From UHGV virus genome UHGV-0179596: 41,620 bases of DNA; one strand, given 5' to 3'. The position numbers were made by a program, and so were the translations under genes. The stretch comes from a virus. The notes beneath the pieces are model-generated. The model made no database searches. It saw only the letters and a program-made list of their open reading frames with translations, and was not told the DNA's origin. Positions 26,165-35,437 of the stretch are shown here, in pieces (positions within the stretch are counted from its first letter, which is position 1; each line of letters opens with the position of its first letter).

Positions 26165-27193
26165 ATGGGATTGTTTACGACCCGCCAGTTACTCGGTTAT
26201 ACCGAACAAAAAGTTAAATTTCGTGCGCTGTTTCTGGAGCTGTTTTTCCGCCGTACGGTGAATTTCCATACCGAAGAGGTGATGCTGGACAAAATTACCG
26301 GAAAAACGCCGGTGGCGGCCTATGTCTCCCCGGTTGTTGAAGGAAAAGTGCTGCGTCATCGTGGTGGTGAAACCCGCGTGTTGCGTCCGGGCTACGTCAA
26401 GCCGAAACACGAATTTAATTACCAGCAGGCGGTTGAGCGCCTTCCTGGTGAAGATCCATCTCAACTGAATGATCCGGCTTACCGCCGTCTGCGTATCATT
26501 ACCGATAACCTCAAACAGGAAGAGCACGCGATTGTCCAGGTGGAAGAAATGCAGGCGGTAAATGCTGTGTTGTATGGCAAATACACCATGGAAGGAGACC
26601 AGTTCGAGAAAATTGAGGTCGATTTTGGCAGGTCGACGAAGAATAACATCACTCAGGGTAGTGGTAAGGAGTGGTCAAAACAGGATCGTGACACGTTCGA
26701 TCCTACACATGATATTGACCTCTACTGCGACCTGGCCAGCGGTCTTGTGAATATTGCCATTATGGACGGTACCGTCTGGCGTCTTCTGAATGGTTTTAAG
26801 CTGTTCCGCGAAAAACTGGATACCCGTCGCGGTTCAAATTCTCAACTCGAAACGGCAGTGAAAGATCTGGGCGCAGTGGTGTCCTTCAAGGGGTATTACG
26901 GCGATCTGGCCATTGTGGTGGCGAAAACGTCTTATATAGCAGAAGACGGTACCGAAAAACGTTATCTTCCAGATGGCATGCTGGTTCTGGGGAATACTGC
27001 TGCAGATGGGATCCGTTGTTACGGTGCCATTCAGGATGCTCAGGCGTTGTCCGAAGGTGTGGTGGCCTCTTCCCGTTATCCGAAACACTGGCTGACGGTA
27101 GGGGATCCCGCCCGTGAATTTACCATGACGCAGTCCGCGCCGCTGATGGTGTTGCCGGACCCGGATGAGTTTGTGGTGGTACAGGTGAAATAA
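26165..27193 (+). CDS. E: Major capsid protein E
   Basis: 342-aa ORF collinear with lambda gpE (ITQGSGKEWSKQDRDTFDPT, ARYPKHWLTVGDPAREFTMTQSAPLMVLPDPDEFVVVQV). Confidence 0.96.
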   Translation: MGLFTTRQLLGYTEQKVKFRALFLELFFRRTVNFHTEEVMLDKITGKTPVAAYVSPVVEGKVLRHRGGETRVLRPGYVKPKHEFNYQQAVERLPGEDPSQLNDPAYRRLRIITDNLKQEEHAIVQVEEMQAVNAVLYGKYTMEGDQFEKIEVDFGRSTKNNITQGSGKEWSKQDRDTFDPTHDIDLYCDLASGLVNIAIMDGTVWRLLNGFKLFREKLDTRRGSNSQLETAVKDLGAVVSFKGYYGDLAIVVAKTSYIAEDGTEKRYLPDGMLVLGNTAADGIRCYGAIQDAQALSEGVVASSRYPKHWLTVGDPAREFTMTQSAPLMVLPDPDEFVVVQVK

Positions 27194-27244
27194 TCCGTGA
27201 GCGGGGGCGAAATGCCCCCGTGTCTTTTTTCACAGGGGGCTGAT

Positions 27245-27442
27245 ATGGCAACGAAAGAGCAAAATCTGAAACGGCTTGATGAACTGGCCCTGATTCTGGG
27301 GCGTGAGCCGGATATATCCGGGAGTGCCGCAGAGATAGCGCAGCGGGTGGCAGAATGGGAAGAGGAAATGCAGTCATCCGGCGATGATGTACGCGTTAAC
27401 GCGCATCAGAGTTCTGACCTGCCTCCATCTCTGTGGCGTTGA
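27245..27442 (+). CDS. FI: FI-like DNA packaging protein, short or possibly frameshifted
   Basis: 65-aa reading from MATKEQNLKRLDELALILG..., resembling the lambda gpFI N-terminus; lambda FI is about twice as long. Confidence 0.5.
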   Translation: MATKEQNLKRLDELALILGREPDISGSAAEIAQRVAEWEEEMQSSGDDVRVNAHQSSDLPPSLWR

Positions 27443-27543
27443 TGGTGAAACGGGGGAATCCGTTGAGCTTGCGGATGTTGGTCGGGTGATTCTGATTATG
27501 TCCTCAGATGCAAAAACACACGTTGATGGTGGAATGGCTGTTT

Positions 27544-27897
27544 ATGCGATATTTTCAGAATGCCTTTGATGCCGCCCTTGCCGGGGTGGACAGTACGATT
27601 GTTGAAGTGATGGGCATCAGTGCGCAGTTCACCTCCGGTGCACAGCGTGGCGGCGAGGTTCATGGCGTTTTTGACGATCCGGAGTCGCTGGGTTTTGCCA
27701 GTAGTGGGATCCGTATTGAAGGAAGTAACCCGTCATTATTTGTGCTTACGGATACGGTTTGTGCTGTACGGCGTGGTGACACGCTGACCATTAACGGCGA
27801 GATGTTCTGGGTGGACCGTGTTTCTCCGGATGACGGAGGGAGTTGTTATCTCTGGCTCAACCGGGGGCAACCACCTGCCGCCAGCCGTCGCCGCTGA
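27544..27897 (+). CDS. FII: Head-tail connector protein FII
   Basis: 117-aa reading from MRYFQNAFDAALAGVD... matching lambda gpFII (FWVDRVSPDDGGSCYLWL). Confidence 0.9.
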   Translation: MRYFQNAFDAALAGVDSTIVEVMGISAQFTSGAQRGGEVHGVFDDPESLGFASSGIRIEGSNPSLFVLTDTVCAVRRGDTLTINGEMFWVDRVSPDDGGSCYLWLNRGQPPAASRRR

Positions 27898-27908
27898 AAG
27901 GGGGATGT

Positions 27909-28487
27909 ATGGCCATAAAAGGTCTTGAGCAGGCCGTTGAAAACCTCAGCCGTATCAGCAAAACGGCAGTGCCTGGTGCCGCCGCAATGGCCATTAACCG
28001 CGTTGCTTCATCCGCGATATCGCAGTCGGCGTCACTGGTTGCCCGTGAGACAAAGGTACGCCGGAAACTGGTAAAGGAAAGGGCCAGGCTGAAAAGGGCC
28101 ACGGTCAAAAATCCGCAGGCCAGAATCAAAGTTAACCGGGGGGATTTGCCCGTAATCAGGCTGGGTAACGCGCGGGTTGTCCTGTCCCGACGCAGGCGTC
28201 GTAAAAAGGGGCAGCGTTCATCCCTGAAAGGTGGCGGCAGCGTGCTTGTGGTGGGAAACCGTCGTATTCCCGGCGCGTTTATTCAGCAACTGAAAAATGG
28301 CCGGTGGCATGTCATGCAGCGTGTGGCCGGGAAAAACCGTTACCCCATTGATGTGGTGAAAATCCCGATGGCGGTGCCGCTGACCACGGCGTTTAAACAG
28401 AATATTGAGCGGATACGGCGTGAGCGTCTTCCGAAAGAGCTGGGCTATGCGCTGCAGCATCAACTGAGAATGGTAATAAAGCGATGA
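27909..28487 (+). CDS. Z: Tail completion protein Z
   Basis: 192-aa reading from MAIKGLEQAVENLSRISKTAVPGAAAMAINRVASS...; near-identical to lambda gpZ by recall. Confidence 0.93.
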   Translation: MAIKGLEQAVENLSRISKTAVPGAAAMAINRVASSAISQSASLVARETKVRRKLVKERARLKRATVKNPQARIKVNRGDLPVIRLGNARVVLSRRRRRKKGQRSSLKGGGSVLVVGNRRIPGAFIQQLKNGRWHVMQRVAGKNRYPIDVVKIPMAVPLTTAFKQNIERIRRERLPKELGYALQHQLRMVIKR

Positions 28488-28879
28488 AACATACTGAACT
28501 CCGTGCAGCCGTACTGGATGCACTGGAGAAGCATGACACCGGGGCGACGCTTTTTGATGGTCGCCCTGCTGTTTTTGATGAGGAAGATTTTCCGGCAATT
28601 GCCGTTTATCTCACCGGCGCTGAATACACGGGCGAAGAGCTGGACAGCGATACCTGGCAGGCGGAGCTGCATATTGAAGTTTTCCTGCCTGCTCAGGTGC
28701 CGGATTCAGAGCTGGATTCGTGGATGGAGTCCCGGATTTATCCGGTGATGAGCGATATCCCGGCACTGTCAGATTTGATCACCAGTATGGTGGCCAGTGG
28801 CTATGACTACCGGCGCGACGATGATGCGGGCCTGTGGAGTTCAGCCGATCTGACTTATGTCATTACCTATGAAATGTGA
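28484..28879 (+). CDS. U: Tail terminator protein U
   Basis: 131-aa ORF matching lambda gpU; ATGA overlap with Z. Confidence 0.93.
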   Translation: MKHTELRAAVLDALEKHDTGATLFDGRPAVFDEEDFPAIAVYLTGAEYTGEELDSDTWQAELHIEVFLPAQVPDSELDSWMESRIYPVMSDIPALSDLITSMVASGYDYRRDDDAGLWSSADLTYVITYEM

Positions 28880-28886
28880 GGACGAT

Positions 28887-29627
28887 ATGCCAACACCAAA
28901 TCCTCTGGCACCGGTGAAAGGGGCCGGGACCACACTGTGGGTTTATAACGGGAGCGGCGACCCTTATGCAAACCCGCTTTCAGACAATGACTGGTCGCGT
29001 CTGGCAAAAATTAAAGACCTGACGCCCGGCGAACTGACCGCTGAGTCCTATGACGACAGTTATCTCGATGATGAAGATGCGGACTGGACCGCGACCGGGC
29101 AGGGGCAGAAATCCGCCGGAGATACCAGCTTCACGCTGGCGTGGATGCCCGGAGAGCAGGGGCAGCAGGCGCTGCTGGCGTGGTTTAATGAAGGTGATAC
29201 CCGTGCCTATAAAATCCGCTTCCCGAACGGCACGGTCGATGTGTTCCGTGGCTGGGTCAGCAGTATCGGTAAGGCGGTGACGGCGAAGGAAGTGATCACC
29301 CGTACGGTGAAGGTCACCAATGTGGGCCGTCCGTCAATGGCAGAAGATCGCAGTACGGTGACGGCGGCAACCGGTATGACCGTGACGCCTGCCAGCTCCT
29401 CGGTGGTGAAAGGGCAGAGCACCACGCTGACCGTGGCCTTCCAGCCGGAGGGCGCAACTGACAAGAGCTTCCGTGCGGTGTCAGCGGATAAAACAAAAGC
29501 CACCGTGTCGGTCAGTGGTATGACCATCACCGTGAACGGCGTTGCTGCAGGCAAGGTCAACATTCCGGTTGTATCCGGTAATGGTGAACTTGCTGCGGTT
29601 GCAGAAATCACTGTCACCGACAGTTAA
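28887..29627 (+). CDS. V: Major tail protein V
   Basis: 246-aa reading from [20 protein letters not shown]...; near-identical to lambda gpV including the C-terminal Ig-like region. Confidence 0.95.
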   Translation: MPTPNPLAPVKGAGTTLWVYNGSGDPYANPLSDNDWSRLAKIKDLTPGELTAESYDDSYLDDEDADWTATGQGQKSAGDTSFTLAWMPGEQGQQALLAWFNEGDTRAYKIRFPNGTVDVFRGWVSSIGKAVTAKEVITRTVKVTNVGRPSMAEDRSTVTAATGMTVTPASSSVVKGQSTTLTVAFQPEGATDKSFRAVSADKTKATVSVSGMTITVNGVAAGKVNIPVVSGNGELAAVAEITVTDS

Positions 29628-29642
29628 TCCGGAGAGTCAGCG

Positions 29643-30065
29643 ATGTTCCTGAAAACCGAATCATTTGAACATAACGGCGTGACCGTCACGCTTTCTGAAC
29701 TGTCAGCCCTGCAGCGTATTGAGCATCTCGCCCTGATGAAACAGCAGGCAGAACAGGCGGAGTCAGACAGCAACCGGCAGGTTACTGTGGAAGACGCCAT
29801 CAGAACCGGTGCTTTTGTGGTGGCGATGTCCCTGTGGCATAACCATCCGCAGAAGACAAAGCAGCCTTCCATGAATGAAGCCGTTAAACAGATTGAGCAG
29901 GAAGTGCTTACCACCTGGCCCGCGGAGGCAATTTCTCATGCTGAAAACGTGGTGTACCGGCTGTCCGGTATGTATGGGTTTGTGGTGAATGATGCCCCTG
30001 ACCAGGCAGAGGACTCCGGGCCTGCAGAGCCTGTTTCTGCGGGAAAGTGTTCGACGGTGAGCTGA
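29643..30065 (+). CDS. G: Tail assembly chaperone G
   Basis: 140-aa ORF matching lambda gpG (MFLKTESFEHNGVTVTLSELSALQRIEHLALMK...). Confidence 0.93.
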   Translation: MFLKTESFEHNGVTVTLSELSALQRIEHLALMKQQAEQAESDSNRQVTVEDAIRTGAFVVAMSLWHNHPQKTKQPSMNEAVKQIEQEVLTTWPAEAISHAENVVYRLSGMYGFVVNDAPDQAEDSGPAEPVSAGKCSTVS

Positions 30066-30481
30066 GTTTTGCCCTGAAACTGGCGCGAGAGATGGGGCGA
30101 CCTGACTGGCGCGCCATGCTTGCCGGGATGTCATCCACGGAGTATGCCGACTGGCACCGCTTTTACAGTACCCATTATTTTCATGATGTTCTGCTGGATA
30201 TGCACTTTTCCGGGCTGACGTACACTGTGCTCAGCCTGTTTTTCAGCGATCCGGATATGCATCCGCTGGATTTCAGTTTGCTGAACCGGCGTGAGGATGA
30301 CGAAGAGCCTGAAGATGATGTGCTGATGCAGAAAGCGGCAGGGCTTACCGGAGGCGTCCGCTTTGACCCGGACGGAAATGAAGTTATCCCCGCTTCCCCG
30401 GATATGGCGGGCATGACGGAGGATGACGTAATGCTGATGACAGTATCAGAAGGGATCGCAGGAGGAGTCCGGTATGGCTGA
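29643..30481 (+). CDS. T: G-T fusion produced by programmed -1 ribosomal frameshift
   Basis: T reading frame (track ORF 30047..30481) has no independent start and is in the -1 frame relative to G; slippery heptamer G GGA AAG sits at the junction, as in lambda. Confidence 0.85.
30041..30047 (+). other. Slippery heptamer GGGAAAG for the G/G-T -1 frameshift
   Basis: GGGAAAG in the X XXY YYZ register of the G frame, 6 codons before the G stop. Confidence 0.8.
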
Positions 30482-33035
30482 ACCGGTAGGCGATCTGGTC
30501 GTTGATTTAAGTCTGGATGCGGCCAGATTTGACGAGCAGATGGCCAGAGTCACGCGTCATTTTTCCGGTACGGAAAGTGATGCGAAAAAAACAGCGGCAG
30601 TCGTTGAACAGTCGCTGAGCCGACAGGCGCTGGCTGCACAGAAAGCGGGGATTTCCGTCGGGCAGTATAAAGCCGCCATGCGTATGCTGCCTGCACAGTT
30701 CACCGACGTGGCCACGCAGCTTGCAGGCGGGCAAAGCCCGTGGCTGATCCTGCTGCAACAGGGTGGTCAGGTTAAGGACTCCTTCGGCGGGATGATCCCC
30801 ATGTTCCGGGGGCTTGCCGGTGCGATCACCCTGCCGATGGTCGGGGCCACCTCGCTGGCGGTGGCGACCGGTGCGCTGGCGTATGCCTGGTATCAGGGTA
30901 ACTCAACCCTGTCCGATTTCAACAAAACGCTGGTCCTTTCCGGCAATCAGTCGGGTCTGACGGCAGATCGTATGCTGGTCCTGTCCAGAGCCGGGCAGGC
31001 GGCAGGGCTGACGTTTAACCAGACCAGCGAGTCACTCAGCGCACTGGTTAAGGCGGGAGTAAGCGGTGAGGCTCAGATTGCATCCATCAGCCAGAGTGTG
31101 GCGCGTTTCTCCTCTGCATCCGGCGTGGAGGTGGACAAGGTCGCTGAAGCCTTCGGGAAGCTGACCACTGACCCGACGTCGGGGCTGACGGCGATGGCGC
31201 GCCAGTTCCATAACGTAACGGCGGAGCAGATTGCGTATGTTGCTCAGTTGCAGCGTTCCGGCGATGAATCCGGGGCATTGCAGGCGGCGAACGAGGCCGC
31301 AACGAAAGGGTTTGATGACCAGACCCGACGCCTGAAAGAGAACATGGGCACGCTGGAAACCTGGGCAGACAGGACAGCACGGGCATTCAAATCCATGTGG
31401 GATGCGGTGCTGGATATTGGTCGTCCTGATACCGCTCAGGAGATGCTGATTAAGGCAGAGGCTGCGTTTAAGAAAGCGGACGACATCTGGAATCTGCGCA
31501 AGGATGATTATTTTGTTAACGATGAAGCGCGGGCGCGTTACTGGGATGATCGTGAAAAGGCCCGTCTTGCGCTTGAAGCCGCCCGAAAGAAGGCTGAACA
31601 GCAGAGTCAACAGGACAAAAATGCGCAGCAGCAGAGCGATACCGAAGCATCACGGCTGAAATATACCGAAGAGGCGCAGAAGGCTTACGAACGGCTGCAG
31701 ACACCGCTGGAGAAATATACCGCCCGTCAGGAAGAACTGAACAAGGCACTGAAAGACGGGAAAATCCTGCAGGCAGATTACAACACGCTGATGGCGGCGG
31801 CGAAAAAGGATTATGAAGCGACGCTGAAAAAGCCGAAACAGTCCGGCGTGAAGGTGTCTGCGGGCGATCGTCAGGAAGACAGTGCTCATGCTGCCCTGCT
31901 GACGCTTCAGGCTGAACTCCGGACGCTGGAGAAGCATGCCGGAGCAAATGAGAAAATCAGCCAGCAGCGCCGGGATTTGTGGAAGGCGGAGAGTCAGTTC
32001 GCGGTACTGGAGGAGGCGGCGCAACGTCGCCAGCTGTCTGCACAGGAGAAATCCCTGCTGGCGCATAAAGATGAGACGCTGGAGTACAAACGCCAGCTGG
32101 CTGCACTTGGCGACAAGGTTACGTATCAGGAGCGCCTGAACGCGCTGGCGCAGCAGGCGGATAAATTCGCACAGCAGCAACGGGCAAAACGGGCCGCTAT
32201 TGATGCGAAAAGCCGGGGGCTGACTGACCGGCAGGCAGAACGGGAAGCCACGGAACAGCGCCTGAAGGAACAGTATGGCGATAATCCTCTGGCGCTGAAT
32301 AACGTCATGTCAGAGCAGAAAAAGACCTGGGCGGCTGAAGACCTGCTTCGCGGGAACTGGATGGCAGGCCTGAAGTCCGGCTGGAGTGAGTGGGAAGAGA
32401 GTGCCACGGACAGTATGTCGCAGGTTAAAAGTGCTGCCACGCAGACCTTTGATGGTATTGCGCAGAATATGGCGGCGATGCTGACCGGCAGTGAACAGAA
32501 CTGGCGCAGCTTCACCCGTTCCGTGCTGTCCATGATGACAGAAATTCTGCTTAAGCAGGCAATGGTGGGGATTGTCGGGAGTATCGGCAGCGCTATTGGC
32601 GGGGCTGTTGGTGGCGGCGCATCCGCGTCAGGCGGTACAGCCATTCAGGCCGCTGCGGCGAAACTCCATTTTGCAACCGGAGGATTTACGGGAACCGGCG
32701 GCAAATATGAGCCAGCGGGGGTTGTTCACCGTGGTGAATTTGTCTTCACGAAGGAGGCAACCAGCCGGATTGGCGTGGGAAATCTCTACCGGCTGATGCG
32801 CGGCTATGCCACCGGCGGTTATGTCGGTGGCACCGGAAGTCCGGCGCAAATGCGGCGTTCAGAGGGTATCAGGTTTGAGCAGAACAACAACGTGGTGATT
32901 CAGAACGACGGTACGAATGGTCTGCCAGGTCCACAGATGATGAAGGCGGTGTATGACATGGCCCGCAAGGGTGCCCGTGATGAAATCCAGGCACAGATGC
33001 GCGATGGTGGTCTGTTCTCCGGAGGTGGACGATGA
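30474..33035 (+). CDS. H: Tail tape measure protein H
   Basis: 853-aa ORF, same length as lambda gpH, collinear similarity throughout. Confidence 0.95.
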   Translation: MAEPVGDLVVDLSLDAARFDEQMARVTRHFSGTESDAKKTAAVVEQSLSRQALAAQKAGISVGQYKAAMRMLPAQFTDVATQLAGGQSPWLILLQQGGQVKDSFGGMIPMFRGLAGAITLPMVGATSLAVATGALAYAWYQGNSTLSDFNKTLVLSGNQSGLTADRMLVLSRAGQAAGLTFNQTSESLSALVKAGVSGEAQIASISQSVARFSSASGVEVDKVAEAFGKLTTDPTSGLTAMARQFHNVTAEQIAYVAQLQRSGDESGALQAANEAATKGFDDQTRRLKENMGTLETWADRTARAFKSMWDAVLDIGRPDTAQEMLIKAEAAFKKADDIWNLRKDDYFVNDEARARYWDDREKARLALEAARKKAEQQSQQDKNAQQQSDTEASRLKYTEEAQKAYERLQTPLEKYTARQEELNKALKDGKILQADYNTLMAAAKKDYEATLKKPKQSGVKVSAGDRQEDSAHAALLTLQAELRTLEKHAGANEKISQQRRDLWKAESQFAVLEEAAQRRQLSAQEKSLLAHKDETLEYKRQLAALGDKVTYQERLNALAQQADKFAQQQRAKRAAIDAKSRGLTDRQAEREATEQRLKEQYGDNPLALNNVMSEQKKTWAAEDLLRGNWMAGLKSGWSEWEESATDSMSQVKSAATQTFDGIAQNMAAMLTGSEQNWRSFTRSVLSMMTEILLKQAMVGIVGSIGSAIGGAVGGGASASGGTAIQAAAAKLHFATGGFTGTGGKYEPAGVVHRGEFVFTKEATSRIGVGNLYRLMRGYATGGYVGGTGSPAQMRRSEGIRFEQNNNVVIQNDGTNGLPGPQMMKAVYDMARKGARDEIQAQMRDGGLFSGGGR

Positions 33036-33361
33036 AAACCTTCCGCTGGAAAGTGAAACCCGGGATGGATGTGACATCGGCTCCTTCCGTCAGGGAGGTG
33101 CGCTTTGGTGATGGCTATTCCCAGCGTGCGCCTGCCGGGCTGAACGCTGACCTGAAAACGTACAGCGTGACGCTGTCTGTCTCCCGTGAGGAGGCCACGG
33201 CGCTGGAGTCGTTTCTGGCTGAGCACGGGGGCTGGAAGGCCTTTCTGTGGACGCCGCCTTATGGTTACAGGCAGATAAAGGTGACCTGCGCAAAATGGTC
33301 GTCGCGGGTCAGTATGCTGCGTGTTGAGTTCAGCGCAGAGTTTGAACAGGTGGTGAACTGA
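33032..33361 (+). CDS. M: Tail tip protein M
   Basis: 109-aa ORF matching lambda gpM. Confidence 0.93.
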   Translation: MKTFRWKVKPGMDVTSAPSVREVRFGDGYSQRAPAGLNADLKTYSVTLSVSREEATALESFLAEHGGWKAFLWTPPYGYRQIKVTCAKWSSRVSMLRVEFSAEFEQVVN

Positions 33362-34059
33362 TGCAGGATATCCGGCAGGAAACATTGAATGAATGCACCC
33401 GTGCGGAGCAGTCGGCCAGCGTGGTGCTCTGGGAAATCGATCTGACAGAGGTCGGTGGAGAACGTTATTTTTTCTGTAATGAGCAGAACGAAAAAGGTGA
33501 GCCGGTCACCTGGCAGGGGCGACAGTATCAGCCGTATCCCATTCAGGGGAGTAGTTTTGAACTGAATGGCAAAGGCACCAGTACGCGCCCCACGCTGACG
33601 GTTTCTAACCTGTACGGTATGGTCACCGGGATGGTGGAAGATCTGCAGAGTCTGGTCGGCGGAACGGTGGTCAGGCGTAAGGTTTACGCCCGTTTTCTGG
33701 ATGCGGTGAACTTCGTCAACGGAAACAGCGACGCCGATCCGGAGCAGGAGGTGATCAGCCGCTGGCGCATCGAGCAGTGCAGCGAACTGAGTGCGGTCAG
33801 TGCCTCCTTTGTACTGTCCACACCGACGGAAACGGATGGTGCCGTTTTTCCGGGGCGCATCATGCTGGCTAATACCTGCACCTGGACCTATCGCGGTGAT
33901 GAGTGCGGTTATCACGGTCCGGCGGTCGCGGATGAATATGATCAGCCGACTTCCGATATCACGAAGGATAAATGCAGCAAATGCCTGAGCGGCTGTAAGT
34001 TTCGCAATAACGTCGGCAACTTTGGCGGCTTCCTTTCCATTAACAAACTTTCGCAGTAA
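33361..34059 (+). CDS. L: Tail tip protein L
   Basis: 232-aa ORF matching lambda gpL, with a C-terminal Cys cluster (CSKCLSGCKF). Confidence 0.93.
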   Translation: MQDIRQETLNECTRAEQSASVVLWEIDLTEVGGERYFFCNEQNEKGEPVTWQGRQYQPYPIQGSSFELNGKGTSTRPTLTVSNLYGMVTGMVEDLQSLVGGTVVRRKVYARFLDAVNFVNGNSDADPEQEVISRWRIEQCSELSAVSASFVLSTPTETDGAVFPGRIMLANTCTWTYRGDECGYHGPAVADEYDQPTSDITKDKCSKCLSGCKFRNNVGNFGGFLSINKLSQ

Positions 34060-34064
34060 ATCCC

Positions 34065-34808
34065 ATGACAGAGACAGAATCAGCGATTCTGGCGCATGCC
34101 CGGCGATGTGCGCCAGCGGAGTCGTGCGGCTTCGTGGTGAGAGCGCCGGAGGGGGAAAGATATTTTCCCTGCGTGAATATCTCCGGTGAGCCGGAGGCGT
34201 ATTTCCGGATGGCTCCGGAGGACTGGCTGCAGGCAGAGATGCAGGGTGAGATTGTGGCGCTGGTCCACAGTCATCCCGGTGGTCTGCCCTGGCTGAGTGA
34301 GGCCGACCGGCGGCTGCAGGTGCAGAGTGATTTGCCGTGGTGGCTGGTCTGCCGGGGGGCGATTCATAAGTTCCGCTGTGTGCCGCATCTCACCGGGCGG
34401 CGCTTTGAGCACGGGGTGACGGACTGTTACACGCTGTTCCGGGACGCTTACCATCTGGCGGGGATTGAGATGCCGGACTTTCATCGTGAGGATGACTGGT
34501 GGCGTAACGGCCAGAATCTCTATCTTGATAATCTGGAGGCCACAGGGCTGTATCAGGTGCCGTTGTCAGCGGCGCAGCCGGGCGATGTGCTGCTGTGCTG
34601 CTTTGGTTCATCGGTGCCGAATCATGCCGCTATTTACTGTGGTGACGGCGAGCTGCTGCACCATATTCCTGAACAACTGAGTAAACGAGAGAGGTATACC
34701 GACAAATGGCAGCGACGCACACACTCCCTCTGGCGTCACCGGGCATGGCGCGCATCTGCCTTTACGGGGATTTACAACGATTTGGCCGCCGCATCGACCT
34801 TCGTGTGA
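34065..34808 (+). CDS. K: Tail tip assembly protein K (JAMM/MPN plus NlpC/P60-like)
   Basis: 247-aa ORF; JAMM motif HSHPGGLPWLSEADRR and a Cys/His pair (GVTDCYTLF...HHIP) consistent with NlpC/P60; lambda gpK position. Confidence 0.9.
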   Translation: MTETESAILAHARRCAPAESCGFVVRAPEGERYFPCVNISGEPEAYFRMAPEDWLQAEMQGEIVALVHSHPGGLPWLSEADRRLQVQSDLPWWLVCRGAIHKFRCVPHLTGRRFEHGVTDCYTLFRDAYHLAGIEMPDFHREDDWWRNGQNLYLDNLEATGLYQVPLSAAQPGDVLLCCFGSSVPNHAAIYCGDGELLHHIPEQLSKRERYTDKWQRRTHSLWRHRAWRASAFTGIYNDLAAASTFV

Positions 34809-35377
34809 AAACGGGGGCTGAAGCCATCCGCGCACTGGCCACACAGCTCCCGGTGTTTCGTCAGAAACTGAGCGACGGCTGGTATCAGGTACGGATTGCC
34901 GGGCGGGACGTCAGCACGTCCGGGTTAACGGCGCAGTTACATGAGACTCTGCCTGATGGCGCTGTGATTCATATTGTTCCCAGAGTCGCCGGGGCCAAGT
35001 CAGGTGGCGTATTCCAGATTGTCCTGGGGGCTGCCGCCATTGCCGGATCATTCTTTACCGCCGGAGCCACCCTTGCAGCATGGGGGGCAGCCATTGGGGC
35101 CGGTGGTATGACCGGCATCCTGTTTTCTCTCGGTGCCAGTATGGTGCTCGGTGGTGTGGCGCAGATGCTGGCACCGAAAGCCAGAACTCCCCGTACACAG
35201 ACAACGGATAACGGCAAACAGAACACCTATTTCTCCTCACTGGATAACATGGTTGCCCAGGGCAATGTTCTGCCGGTTCTGTACGGTGAAATGCGCGTGG
35301 GGTCACGCGTGGTTTCTCAGGAGATCAGCACGGCAGACGAAGGGGATGGTGGTCAGGTTGTGGTGATTGGTCGCTGA
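34706..35377 (+). CDS. I: Tail tip assembly protein I
   Basis: 223-aa ORF near-identical to lambda gpI by recall; overlaps the 3' end of K. Confidence 0.93.
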   Translation: MAATHTLPLASPGMARICLYGDLQRFGRRIDLRVKTGAEAIRALATQLPVFRQKLSDGWYQVRIAGRDVSTSGLTAQLHETLPDGAVIHIVPRVAGAKSGGVFQIVLGAAAIAGSFFTAGATLAAWGAAIGAGGMTGILFSLGASMVLGGVAQMLAPKARTPRTQTTDNGKQNTYFSSLDNMVAQGNVLPVLYGEMRVGSRVVSQEISTADEGDGGQVVVIGR

Positions 35378-35437
35378 TGCAAAATGTTTTATGTGAAACC
35401 GCCTCCGGGCGGTTTTATCGTTTATGGAGCATGAGGA

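Noticed and set aside
31032-32644. Several minus-strand ORFs (143-192 aa) inside the tape measure gene
   Set aside because: Antisense to gene H; Arg/Leu/Gln-rich translations mirroring the Ala/Gln-rich sense frame.
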